Shown one piece after another: positions 9,227-18,438 of a DNA stretch of 64,000 bases. Source of the stretch: an uncultured Actinomycetota bacterium (GTDB lineage Bacteria; Actinomycetota; Actinomycetes; Propionibacteriales; Propionibacteriaceae); the NCBI GenBank assembly GCA_963726625.1, contig CAVSDA010000020.1:3508-67507 (forward strand). The letters run 5' to 3'. The translations under genes were made by a program, and so were the position numbers. Under the pieces are notes generated by a model. The model had not been told where the DNA came from. It ran no database searches and worked only from the letters and a program-made list of their open reading frames with translations. Every line of letters begins with the position of its first letter. The stretch's first letter is position 1.

Positions 9227-11958
9227 GTCCGGCCGGTGCCGCTCGCGGCTGCGCGCGGCGGCCAGCCACCTGCGGCTACTGCTCCCGGATGGCCCGGAGC
9301 TTCGGGGTCTCCATCACGTCGCCCACGATGGCGTTGGAACGGCGCGGCCCGGCGTACCGGGAGCCGAGGTTGACCAGCGTCTGGATCCGGTTGCGGCCGC
9401 CGAGCAGGAAGACGATGTGCAGCGCGATCCAGCCCAGCCAGGCGATGACCCCGCGCAGCTTCAGCCCGATCGGCATCTGCAGCACCGCGTCACCGCGGCC
9501 GATGGTCGCCATGGTGCCCTTGTCGTGGTAGGAGAACGTCTCCGTCTCCAGGCCCCGGTGCAGCCGGGCGATCTGCTTGCCGGCGAACTTCCCCATCTGC
9601 AGCGCCGGCTGAGCCAGCTGCGGCAGCGGATTGTCCGCGATGATGCTCGCGTCGCCGACCGCGAAGACCCGCTCGTGGCCGATGACCCGAGTGTCGCCGT
9701 TCACCTCGATCCGGCCGGCACGCCCGATCGGCAGGCCCCACTCCCGGATCTTCGGGCTGCCCGACACCCCGGCCGCCCAGATCACCAGGTCCACCGGCAT
9801 CGACGAGCCGTCCCGGAAGTCCACCCGGTCGGCGTGCACCTCCGAGATCGCGGTCTTCAGTCGGACGTCCACCCCGCGCTTGATCAGCTCCTTGAGGGCG
9901 TACTTGCGCAGCGCGTCGTCGAAGGGCGCCAGCAGATGCTCCCCCATCTCGACCAACACCACGTGCACTCGCGCCGGGTTCAGCTCGGGGTAGGTGGTGG
10001 GAATGGTCTCGGTCTTCAGTTCGGCCAGCTGCCCGGCCATCTCCACCCCGGTGGCGCCGCCGCCCGCGATCACCACGGTGAAGCCGCCGGTGTTCGGGTC
10101 GGACTGCCCGGCGATGATTTCCAGACTGCCGAAGATGGTGTCCCGGACCTTGAGCGCATCCACCCGGGTGTACATCGACATGGTGAACTCCGCGGCACCC
10201 GGGATGCCGAAGTGGTTCGTCGTGATGCCGTTGCCGATCACCAGGTAGTCGTACGGCACCCGGACCCCGTCGTCGCAGACCACTTCGCGCGCGTCGTGAT
10301 CGATCCCGCTCACCACGGCGCGGCGGAACCGCACCCCCGGGTGCTTGGCCGCGAAGTAGCGCAGCGAGTAGGTCACGTCGCCGGCGTTCAGGCCACCGGT
10401 GGCCACCTGGTAGAGCAGCGGCTGGAAGGTGTTGTACGGGTGCCGGTCGATCAACGTGACCCGGAACCCTTCCTTCGCCAACTCGCTGGTCGCGGACACG
10501 CCGCCGAAGCCGGCTCCGATCACCACCACATGAGGCATCTCAGTCACGTTGGTTTTTTTTTTTTTTTTTTTGTTTTTTGTTACGGTTTCGCGTACGGCGT
10601 TGAAGTTGAGCAGATGCCCGACGCTACCGCTGAGTCCGGCCGGTGCCACCCGCCGCTGCGCGGGCGGCCGCCAGCTGCGGTTACTGCTCCCGGATCGCCC
10701 GGAGCTTCGGGGTCTCCATCACATCGCCCACGATGGCGTTGGAACGGCGCGGCCCGGCGTACCGGGAGCCGAGGTTGACCAGCGTCTGGATCCGGTTGCG
10801 ACCACCGAGCAGGAAGACGATGTGCAGCACGATCCAGCCCAGCCAGGCGATGACCCCGCGCAGTTTCAACCCGATCGGCATCTGCAGCACGGCGTCACCG
10901 CGGCCGATGGTGGCCATGGTGCCCTTGTCGTGGTAGGAGAACGTCTCCGTCTCCAGGCCCCGGTGCAGCCGGGCAATCTGCTTGCCGGCGAACTTCCCCA
11001 TCTGCAGCGCGGGCTGGGCCAGCTGCGGCAGCGGGTTGTCCGCGATGATGCTCGCGTCGCCGACCGCGAAGACCCGCTCGTGCCCGATGACCCGCGTGTC
11101 GCCGTTCACCTCGATCCGGCCGGCCCGCCCGATCGGCAGGCCCCAATCCCGGATCTTCGGGCTGCCCGACACCCCGGCCGCCCAGATCACCAGGTCCACC
11201 GGCATCGACGAGCCGTCCCGGAAGTCCACCCGGTCGGCGTGCACCTCCGAGATCGCGGTCTTCAGTCGCACGTCCACCCCGCGCTTGATCAGCTCCTTCA
11301 GGGCGTACTTGCGCAGCGAGTCGTCGAAGGGAGCCAGCAGATGCTCCCCCATCTCGACCAGCACCACGTGCACTCGCGCCGGGTTGAGCTCGGGATAGGT
11401 GGTGGGGATGGTCTCGGTCTTCAGTTCGGCCAGCTGCCCGGCCATCTCCACCCCGGTGGCACCGCCACCGGCGATCACCACGGTGAAGCCGCCGGTGTTC
11501 GGGTCGGACTGCCCGGCGATGATCTCCAGGCTGCCGAAGATGGTGTCCCGGACCTTGAGCGCATCCACCCGGGTGTACATCGACATGGTGAACTCCGCGG
11601 CACCCGGAATGCCGAAGTGGTTCGTCGTGATGCCGTTGCCGATCACCAGGTAGTCGTACGGCACGCGGACCCCGTCGTCGCAGACCACCACGCGCGCGTC
11701 GTGATCGATCCCGCTGACCACGGCGCGCCGGAACCGCACCCCCGGGTGCTTGGCCGCGAAGTAGCGCAGGGAGTAGGTCACGTCGCCGGCGTTCAGGCCG
11801 CCGGTGGCCACCTGGTAGAGCAGCGGCTGGAAGGTGTTGTACGGGTGCCGGTCGATCAACGTGACCCGGAACCCTTCCTTCGCCAACTCGCTGGTCGCGG
11901 ACACGCCGCCGAAGCCGGCTCCGATCACCACCACATGAGGCATCTCAGTCACGTTGGT
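9171..11958. repeat. About 1.38-kb tandem direct duplication (9171-10553 and 10579-11958) joined by a poly-T tract
   Basis: Each unit contains the 3' end of the fructosamine kinase gene, the intergenic DNA and ndh; T19-G-T6 at 10553-10578. Confidence 0.9.
9276..10538 (-). CDS. ndh: Type II NADH dehydrogenase, copy A (lacks the first ATG; internal ATG at 10538)
   Basis: GAGFGG, FQPLLYQVATG, GGGATGVEMAG and LPQLAQPA.Q motifs. Confidence 0.75.
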   Translation of the reverse strand: MPHVVVIGAGFGGVSATSELAKEGFRVTLIDRHPYNTFQPLLYQVATGGLNAGDVTYSLRYFAAKHPGVRFRRAVVSGIDHDAREVVCDDGVRVPYDYLVIGNGITTNHFGIPGAAEFTMSMYTRVDALKVRDTIFGSLEIIAGQSDPNTGGFTVVIAGGGATGVEMAGQLAELKTETIPTTYPELNPARVHVVLVEMGEHLLAPFDDALRKYALKELIKRGVDVRLKTAISEVHADRVDFRDGSSMPVDLVIWAAGVSGSPKIREWGLPIGRAGRIEVNGDTRVIGHERVFAVGDASIIADNPLPQLAQPALQMGKFAGKQIARLHRGLETETFSYHDKGTMATIGRGDAVLQMPIGLKLRGVIAWLGWIALHIVFLLGGRNRIQTLVNLGSRYAGPRRSNAIVGDVMETPKLRAIREQ

Positions 11959-11961
11959 CAT
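10681..11961 (-). CDS. ndh: Type II NADH dehydrogenase, copy B (complete)
   Basis: Same motifs as copy A; native ATG at 11961. Confidence 0.92.
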   Translation of the reverse strand: MTNVTEMPHVVVIGAGFGGVSATSELAKEGFRVTLIDRHPYNTFQPLLYQVATGGLNAGDVTYSLRYFAAKHPGVRFRRAVVSGIDHDARVVVCDDGVRVPYDYLVIGNGITTNHFGIPGAAEFTMSMYTRVDALKVRDTIFGSLEIIAGQSDPNTGGFTVVIAGGGATGVEMAGQLAELKTETIPTTYPELNPARVHVVLVEMGEHLLAPFDDSLRKYALKELIKRGVDVRLKTAISEVHADRVDFRDGSSMPVDLVIWAAGVSGSPKIRDWGLPIGRAGRIEVNGDTRVIGHERVFAVGDASIIADNPLPQLAQPALQMGKFAGKQIARLHRGLETETFSYHDKGTMATIGRGDAVLQMPIGLKLRGVIAWLGWIVLHIVFLLGGRNRIQTLVNLGSRYAGPRRSNAIVGDVMETPKLRAIREQ

Positions 11962-12243
11962 CTAACCAGTGATCGTGCCGGGATGCAGACCGGGCCGGGG
12001 TCCAGGGCGTACGGACCTGTTCCGGACCCCCGCTCGACGCCGTGTTCGACGTCCTCGCCGCCTGCGGCAGCGTGTGCGACCGACTCCGGTACGCGGACGC
12101 CGCGGCGTGGCCGATCGAACCTGCTGCCACAATGACGGGCACGACGAGGCGTCCCGAGGCCATCGCTCACTCACTCACCATCTGAGGGCAGCTCCCATGT
12201 CGATCACGGTCAACGGCGGCAACGCCCTCCTGCGGCTGGGCTG

Positions 12244-13236
12244 ATGGACGTCGGTGGGCTCGACGCCGTCGTCCGCGCGTCGGGCTTCACCGGTGTCGTC
12301 GTCGTCCGTCACGCCGGAGCCACGGTCTTCAGCCAGGCGTACGGATACGCCACTCCGCGCTGGCAGATCCCCAACACCGTCAACACCCGTTTCGACACGG
12401 CGTCGATCACCAAGCTGTTCACCAGCGTGGCCGTCCTTCAACAGGTGGCTGCCGGCCGCCTCGACCTGGACGCCTCGATCCACCACTACGTCGACCTGTC
12501 GGGAACGACCATCTCCGCCGCCGTGACGCTGCGGCACCTGCTCACCCACACCAGCGGGATCGCCGACGACGCCGACGAAGTCGCCGGTGAGGTCTACGCG
12601 GACCTGTTCGTGGACAAGCCGTGCTACGCGATCATGGAGACCGCTGACTTCCTGCCCCAGTTCGCCCACAAGCCGGCGCTGGCCGAGCCCGGGTTCCAAG
12701 CCCGGTACTGCAACGTGAGCTATGTGCTGGCCGGGTTGGCGGTGGAACGGATCGTCGGGGAGTCCTACCGGTCGTACGTGACCAGGGAGGTCTTCGAGCG
12801 GGCAGGCATGACCGGGGCCGGCTTCTTCGACCGCCGCGATGCCGTGCCGCGCGTGGCCGAGGGCTGGGACCTGGTCGAGGGGACGTGGCGCTCGAACATC
12901 TTCAGCTATCCGCCGATCGGGTCGCCGGACGGCGGGGCCCACGCGTCGGCCGAGGATCTGTTGACCTTCCTCGACGCCGTACGAGCCGGGCAGTTGCTGA
13001 CGCCGGAGCTGACGCAGGAGTTCCTGACGCCGCAGGTCGCCCTGGACGAGCAGGTCAGTTATGGCTTCGGTCTGGAGTTCCGCCGATCAACGCTGTACAA
13101 GGAGGGCAGCAATGCAGGGGTCAGTGCCCTGCTCACCCGCTACGGCGACGCTGACGTCGATGCCGTCGTGCTGTCCAATACCGACGGCGCCGCCTGGCCC
13201 GTGATGGCCGAACTCAACCGACGCTACGAGTCCTGA
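12244..13236 (+). CDS. Serine hydrolase, beta-lactamase/AmpC-like family
   Basis: SxxK (SITK), LLTHTSG and YxN (YCN) motifs. Confidence 0.9.
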   Translation: MDVGGLDAVVRASGFTGVVVVRHAGATVFSQAYGYATPRWQIPNTVNTRFDTASITKLFTSVAVLQQVAAGRLDLDASIHHYVDLSGTTISAAVTLRHLLTHTSGIADDADEVAGEVYADLFVDKPCYAIMETADFLPQFAHKPALAEPGFQARYCNVSYVLAGLAVERIVGESYRSYVTREVFERAGMTGAGFFDRRDAVPRVAEGWDLVEGTWRSNIFSYPPIGSPDGGAHASAEDLLTFLDAVRAGQLLTPELTQEFLTPQVALDEQVSYGFGLEFRRSTLYKEGSNAGVSALLTRYGDADVDAVVLSNTDGAAWPVMAELNRRYES

Positions 13237-14268
13237 GGTAGGCCGGCGTCCGAACGGTGAGGCCAGCGCAGGTCAGCGGGGTGCGCCGGCCGCCCGGTAC
13301 GCACGTAGCCGTCGACGAACCGGCCGATCTCGTCCAGAGCCTGCTTGCGTACGTGCGGGGCCGACAGCACCAGGTCATGCAGCCCGTCCGGGATCCGCAC
13401 CATCGTCACGTGCCGGCCCAGGCGCACCGCCCGGGCGGCGATCTGGTCCACGTCCAGCACGGTGTCCACCAGCCGCAGGCCTTCGTGCCAGCGCCGGGAG
13501 AAGTCGGTGCCGGCCGACGCCAGGACCAGCACGGGTACGCCGATGTCCAGCCCCGCCGCGACCCGCTGGTGGCCGATCAGGATGGCGCGCAGCCAGCCGA
13601 CCCGGACCGGTGGGGACGGGCTGGTCTTCAGTTCCAGGTCGTAGTCCCACTCCCCGCCCAGGGTGCGGTGCAGCGTACGGGCGTAGAAGCCGAGATCCGG
13701 CAGCCGCAGCGCCGAGGTCGGAGCTCGGGTCCCCAGCGCGTCGATCACCGGGGCGTCCCAGGGCGCGCACCAGAGCCGATCCCTGCAGGTCCAGCCAGGG
13801 CGAGTTCAGCACCATCCCGCTCAACCGGTCAGCGTTTCTCGCCGCCCACAGGGCGGCAATCAGGCCGCCGGTCGAGTGGCCCACCAACAGCAGCGGCCCG
13901 TCGTGTTCGGCTTCGATCAGATCGGCGGCCGCGTCGAGCTCGACCGCGTACTCGTCCAGGTCGGTGACGAAGCCCGCCAGGTGGCCACGCCGCAGGCTGC
14001 GGCCGTAGCGGCGCAGGTCCAGGGCGTAGAAGGCGTAGCCGAGGTCGTCGAAGTAGTCGGCCATGTGCGTCTGGAAGAAGTAGTCGTTCCAGCCGTGCAG
14101 GTAGAGCACCGCCGGACGCCCTGCCGCGTCGTCCGGGCCGGGCACCTTGCGGACGAGCGTGGCGACCAGTTCCACCTCGGCCGGTTCACCGGGAGCCGGC
14201 TCCACACCGGGCAGCTCGAGGTCACAGCTCTCGTAGCCGTCCAGGAAGTCCGCGCTCCAGGTCCTCAC
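13224..14268 (-). CDS. Alpha/beta hydrolase, lysophospholipase-like (frameshift about 13755)
   Basis: HGWNDYFFQ, DLRRYGRS and GHSTGG nucleophile elbow; C-terminal DTVLDV and GLHDLVLS in the next frame. Confidence 0.85.
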
Positions 14269-14357
14269 CCGTCCAGGGTGACAGATGGACCCGGAGCGCC
14301 CAACCAGATATCTGCCGCGGCCAGCAACTCAGCGGCGCGGACCGTGGCTGAGGCCGG

Positions 14358-15203
14358 CTACTTGATGAAGCGGATGTTCACCGGGTACTTGTAGAACTCG
14401 TGCTTGTTGGCCGCCATGGTGCCCATGATGCAGAAGATCAGGGCGGCGATGATGACCAGCGGCCACAGGATCACCCCGATGACGACCGAGACCGTGATCG
14501 CGCTGATCAGGTAGGCGATGCTGTAGATGATCGAGAAGTTGAGCGCCTCGGTGGTGACCGCCTTCAGGTAGGCGCTGCGGTCCTTGTAGAGCAGGTAGCC
14601 GATCAGCGGACCGATGAAGCCGAAGAACGGGATGCTGATGTGGGAGATGATCCCCCACGTCTTCTCGTCGCTGGGAGACACCGGCGCCTGCCCGGGCGCA
14701 CCCTGGGCCTGCTGGGGGTAGCCGGGCTGGGAGTACGGCTGCGGCGGGTAACCCTGCTGCGCCGGGTCGCCGTACGGCTGTTGGTAGCCCTGCTGGCCGT
14801 AGCCCGGCTGGCTCGGGTCGGGGTAGCCGCCACCCTGCGGCGGGTAGCCGGAACCGGGGGCCTGGTAGCTCGGATCGGAGTAGCCCGACTGCGGATAGCT
14901 CTGCGGCGGGTAACCCTGCTGCGGGTAGGAGGGCGGCGCCTGCTGCCCGTACGGGGGCTGGGGGGTGCCCTGCTGGCCGTACCCGGCCTGGCCCTGATAG
15001 CCGTACGGATCGGCCGAGCCGGCACTGGACGGGTACGTGGGAGCAGACCCCACGCCGCCGGCGGACGCGGCACTGGAGGGGCCGGCCTGGGCGGGATCAG
15101 TGCTGCCGGCGGTCGGCGGATAGGCGGTCGGCTCGCTGGGTCCGCCGGGCTCCGACCCGCCCGAAGACGGCTGACCCGGCGTTTCCTGGGGGTTCTGGCT
15201 CAT
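14358..15203 (-). CDS. DUF4870 membrane protein with long Pro/Gln/Tyr/Gly-rich N-terminus
   Basis: EKTWGIISH, GPLIGYL, EALNFSI and YKYP motifs. Confidence 0.85.
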   Translation of the reverse strand: MSQNPQETPGQPSSGGSEPGGPSEPTAYPPTAGSTDPAQAGPSSAASAGGVGSAPTYPSSAGSADPYGYQGQAGYGQQGTPQPPYGQQAPPSYPQQGYPPQSYPQSGYSDPSYQAPGSGYPPQGGGYPDPSQPGYGQQGYQQPYGDPAQQGYPPQPYSQPGYPQQAQGAPGQAPVSPSDEKTWGIISHISIPFFGFIGPLIGYLLYKDRSAYLKAVTTEALNFSIIYSIAYLISAITVSVVIGVILWPLVIIAALIFCIMGTMAANKHEFYKYPVNIRFIK

Positions 15204-15328
15204 GGACCCAGGCTATTGCACCCGCGCACCGATGCTACGAAGGGCAAGGGAAAGACCCGGGTGTTTCCCCGGTATGAAACGTCGTGCGCAATCCGGCAGA
15301 CCCGGCCCCCGTGAGGTGAGCCGAGCGG

Positions 15329-15547
15329 TCAACCCGACTGCCGAAGGCCCTCGAACTCCTGATCGTCTGGGACCGAGTCCTCCTCGTGGTACTCCTCGGC
15401 GAGATCCGCATAGGCGGGGGGCACGTCGTGGCCCTCCGTCCCGGTGCGAAGCTCGCGTTCGAGCGAGGAGAAGTCCGTATCAAAGGATCGGTACTTGAGC
15501 TCGCGGGCAACCTTCGTCTGCTTTGCCTTTGCACGGCCGCGCCCCAT
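15329..15547 (-). CDS. DUF3073 family protein
   Basis: MGRGRAKAKQTKVARELKY signature; usual position downstream of purM. Confidence 0.9.
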   Translation of the reverse strand: MGRGRAKAKQTKVARELKYRSFDTDFSSLERELRTGTEGHDVPPAYADLAEEYHEEDSVPDDQEFEGLRQSG

Positions 15548-15684
15548 ATCGGGTCGACCCCCTCGCACTTTGTCTTGCCTGCGGTGTGGCCGCGGCTGGA
15601 GAACGGTTTGATGTCGTGACGCACAGGCTACCAGTGCTCGCGGCGGGTCAAAGCAAGCGGCGAGCCGAGATTTCGGCCACGTCG

Positions 15685-16777
15685 TCAGCCGAAGAGGCTC
15701 ACCGCGCTGCGGGTACCCGATCCAGCCGGTGCCACCGAGCCGCAGACCCACGCCGGTAGCCCTCGGTCACCGAGCAGGCGGACGGCCTCATCGGCCTGGT
15801 CGGCCGGCAGCACGGCGGCCATCCCGACGCCCAGATTCAGGGTCGCCTCGAGATCGGCCTGGGAAACCCCGCCCAGCCGCTGCACGAGTCCGAAGACGGG
15901 CGCGGGGTGCCCAGCTCGTGCGGTCGATCCGCACCTCGGCCGACCCCGGGATGACCCGGGCCAGGTTGGCGGCCAGGCCGCCGCCGGTGATGTGGCTGAT
16001 GGCGTGCACCTCGACGGCCCCGATCAGGGCGAGGCAGTGGCGGCTGTAGATCCGGGTCGGGGTCAGCAGCTCCTCCCCCAGCGTGCGGCCGAACTCGGGC
16101 ACGTGGCGGTCCAGGGCCCAGCCGGACTCGCGGATCACGTGGCGGACCAGCGAATAGCCGTTGGAGTGCAGGCCCGAGGAGGCCATGGCCACGACCACGT
16201 CCCCCGGGACCACCCGCTCGGCACCGAGCAGCCGGTCGCGCTCGACGACCCCGGTCGCGGCCCCGGCCAGGTCGTACTCGTCGGGTTGCATCAGACCTGG
16301 ATGCTCGGCGGTCTCCCCGCCGAGCAGCGCACAGCCGGCTTCGACGCAGGCCTCGGCGATGCCCTTGACCAGCATGGCGATCCGCTCCGGCACCACCGCG
16401 CCACAGGCGATGTAGTCGGTCATGAACAGCGGCTCCGCGCCGCAGACCACGAGGTCGTCGACCACCATGCCGACCAGGTCGAAACCGATCGTGTCGTGGA
16501 TGTCGAGGGCCCGGGCGATGGCGACCTTGGTGCCGACCCCGTCGGTTGACGTGGCGAGCACCGGGTGGTCGAACCGCGCCAGACTGCTGGCGTCGAACAG
16601 CCCGGCGAAGCCGCCGAGACCGCCGATCACCTCAGGTCGGCGGGTGCGGGCCACCCAGCCCTTCATCAACTCCACGGCCCGGTCGCCGGCCTCGATGTCC
16701 ACCCCGGCGGCGGCGTACGCCGACTGGACGGCCCCTGAGCGCACCGCCTGCGGGGTGGCGCCCACCTCCGCACTCAT
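15685..16777 (-). CDS. purM: Phosphoribosylformylglycinamidine cyclo-ligase (frameshift about 15905)
   Basis: YAAAGVDI, TDGVGTK, GGETAEHPG, SSGLHSNGYSL and HITGGG motifs; TLNLGVGM in the next frame. Confidence 0.93.
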
Positions 16778-18357
16778 GGGCGGCTGAGGGCGTCGGCGGC
16801 GCCGACGCCGACGACCACGGTCTGCAGCCCGTCGGCGTCGGTGCGGCTGCCGTCGAGTCGTGGGCCATCGACACGGGGCGCGTCGGAGGCTTCGAGCATC
16901 GCCTTGCCGAGCCGGGCGCTGAGCGGCAGCTCGACCGGGTAGACGCCGTCGAAGCAGGCGCGGCACAGCTCGTCCTTGGGGACGCTGGTGGCCGCGACGA
17001 GACCGTCCAGGGACACGTAGCCGAGGGTGTCCGCGCCGATGGAGCGGCAGATCTCCTCCACCTGCAGGCCGGTGGCGATCAGCTCCGCCCGGGAGGCGAA
17101 GTCGATGCCGTAGAAGCACGGCCACTGGACCGGTGGGGAGGAGATCCGTACGTGCACCGCGGCGGCGCCGGCCTCGCGCAGCATCCGGACCAGCGCGCGC
17201 TGGGTGTTGCCGCGCACGATCGAGTCGTCGACGACCACCAGCCGCTTGCCGGCGATGACGTCGCGGAGCGGGTTCAGCTTCAGCCGGATGCCCAGCTGGC
17301 GGATGGTCTGGCTGGGTTGGATGAAGGTGCGCCCGACGTAGGAGTTCTTGACCAGGCCCTGCCCGTACGGGATCCCCGAGGCCTCCGCGTAGCCGATCGC
17401 CGCCGGCGTCCCCGACTCGGGCACGGGGATGACCAGGTCGGCCTCGGCGGGATGTTCGTGGGCGAGCGTGCGACCCACCTCCACCCGGACCGAGTGCAGT
17501 CGGCGGTCGCGGATGGTCGTGTCGGGGCGGGCCAGGTAGACGTACTCGAACAGGCAGCCCTTGGGATCGGGGGTGGCGAAGCTGCGGGTCCGCAGGCCGG
17601 CGGCGTCCACCGCGACCAGTTCCCCCGGTGCGATCTCGCGGATGAAGGAGGCGCCGACGATGTCCAGCGCGGCCGTCTCGCTCGCCACCACCCAGCCCCG
17701 CTCGAGCCGGCCGAGCACCAGCGGCCGGATGCCCTGGGGGTCGCGCGCGGCGTACAGGGTCTCGTCGTCCATGAACACCAGGGAGAAGGCGCCGCGCAGC
17801 CGCGGCAACACCTCCATCGCCGCCTCCTCGGTGCTCATCCCGGGGAAGGTCGCCATCAGTGCGGTGATCAGGGCCGTGTCGGTGGTGGCGTCGTTGAGCA
17901 GCGAGCCGGGCAGCAGCGAGCCGGCCTGGCTGTCCCGCTCGGCCAACCAGTCGCGCAACTCGAGGGTGTTGGTGAGGTTCCCGTTGTGGCCGAGCGCGAT
18001 GTGGCCGGTGGCGGTGGAGCGGAAGGTGGGTTGGGCGTTCATCCAGACGCTGGCGCCGGTGGTGGAGTAACGGCAGTGGCCGATGGCCAGGTGCGCGTCG
18101 CCGAGGGTGTTGAGTGCGTGCTCGTCGAAGACCTGGGAGACCAGTCCCATGTCCTTGTGCACCAGGATCTGGCGGCCCTTGCCGACGGCGATGCCGGCCG
18201 ACTCCTGCCCCCGGTGCTGCAGCGCGTACAGACCGAAGTAGGCGAGCTTGGCCACCTCCTCCGAGGGCGCCCAGACTCCGAAGACGCCACAGGCGTCCTG
18301 GGGCCCGCGATCCTGGGGGTCGAGATCGTGGTTCAGACGGCCGTCAGCTCGTGCCAC
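16774..18357 (-). CDS. purF: Amidophosphoribosyltransferase
   Basis: Propeptide then CGVFG; QHRGQESAG, VVVDDSIVRGNT and CFYGID motifs. Confidence 0.97.
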   Translation of the reverse strand: MARADGRLNHDLDPQDRGPQDACGVFGVWAPSEEVAKLAYFGLYALQHRGQESAGIAVGKGRQILVHKDMGLVSQVFDEHALNTLGDAHLAIGHCRYSTTGASVWMNAQPTFRSTATGHIALGHNGNLTNTLELRDWLAERDSQAGSLLPGSLLNDATTDTALITALMATFPGMSTEEAAMEVLPRLRGAFSLVFMDDETLYAARDPQGIRPLVLGRLERGWVVASETAALDIVGASFIREIAPGELVAVDAAGLRTRSFATPDPKGCLFEYVYLARPDTTIRDRRLHSVRVEVGRTLAHEHPAEADLVIPVPESGTPAAIGYAEASGIPYGQGLVKNSYVGRTFIQPSQTIRQLGIRLKLNPLRDVIAGKRLVVVDDSIVRGNTQRALVRMLREAGAAAVHVRISSPPVQWPCFYGIDFASRAELIATGLQVEEICRSIGADTLGYVSLDGLVAATSVPKDELCRACFDGVYPVELPLSARLGKAMLEASDAPRVDGPRLDGSRTDADGLQTVVVGVGAADALSRP

Positions 18358-18438
18358 TGCCTCATCCTAACGGCTGGCGTCGACCCTCCTGACCTCAACA
18401 GCGAGCGGGTCGCCCGGACCCCGGCTAGCCTCAGCGTC

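Noticed and set aside
10549-10649. Poly-Lys N-terminal extension of ndh copy A and the poly-Phe ORF on the + strand
   Set aside because: Both are translations of the poly-T junction tract
12244-13236. Beta-lactam resistance gene
   Set aside because: No signal peptide; a generic serine hydrolase family that includes many esterases and peptidases
14650-15203. Pro/Gln/Tyr/Gly repeats as a novel element
   Set aside because: Ordinary low-complexity N-terminus of actinobacterial DUF4870 proteins
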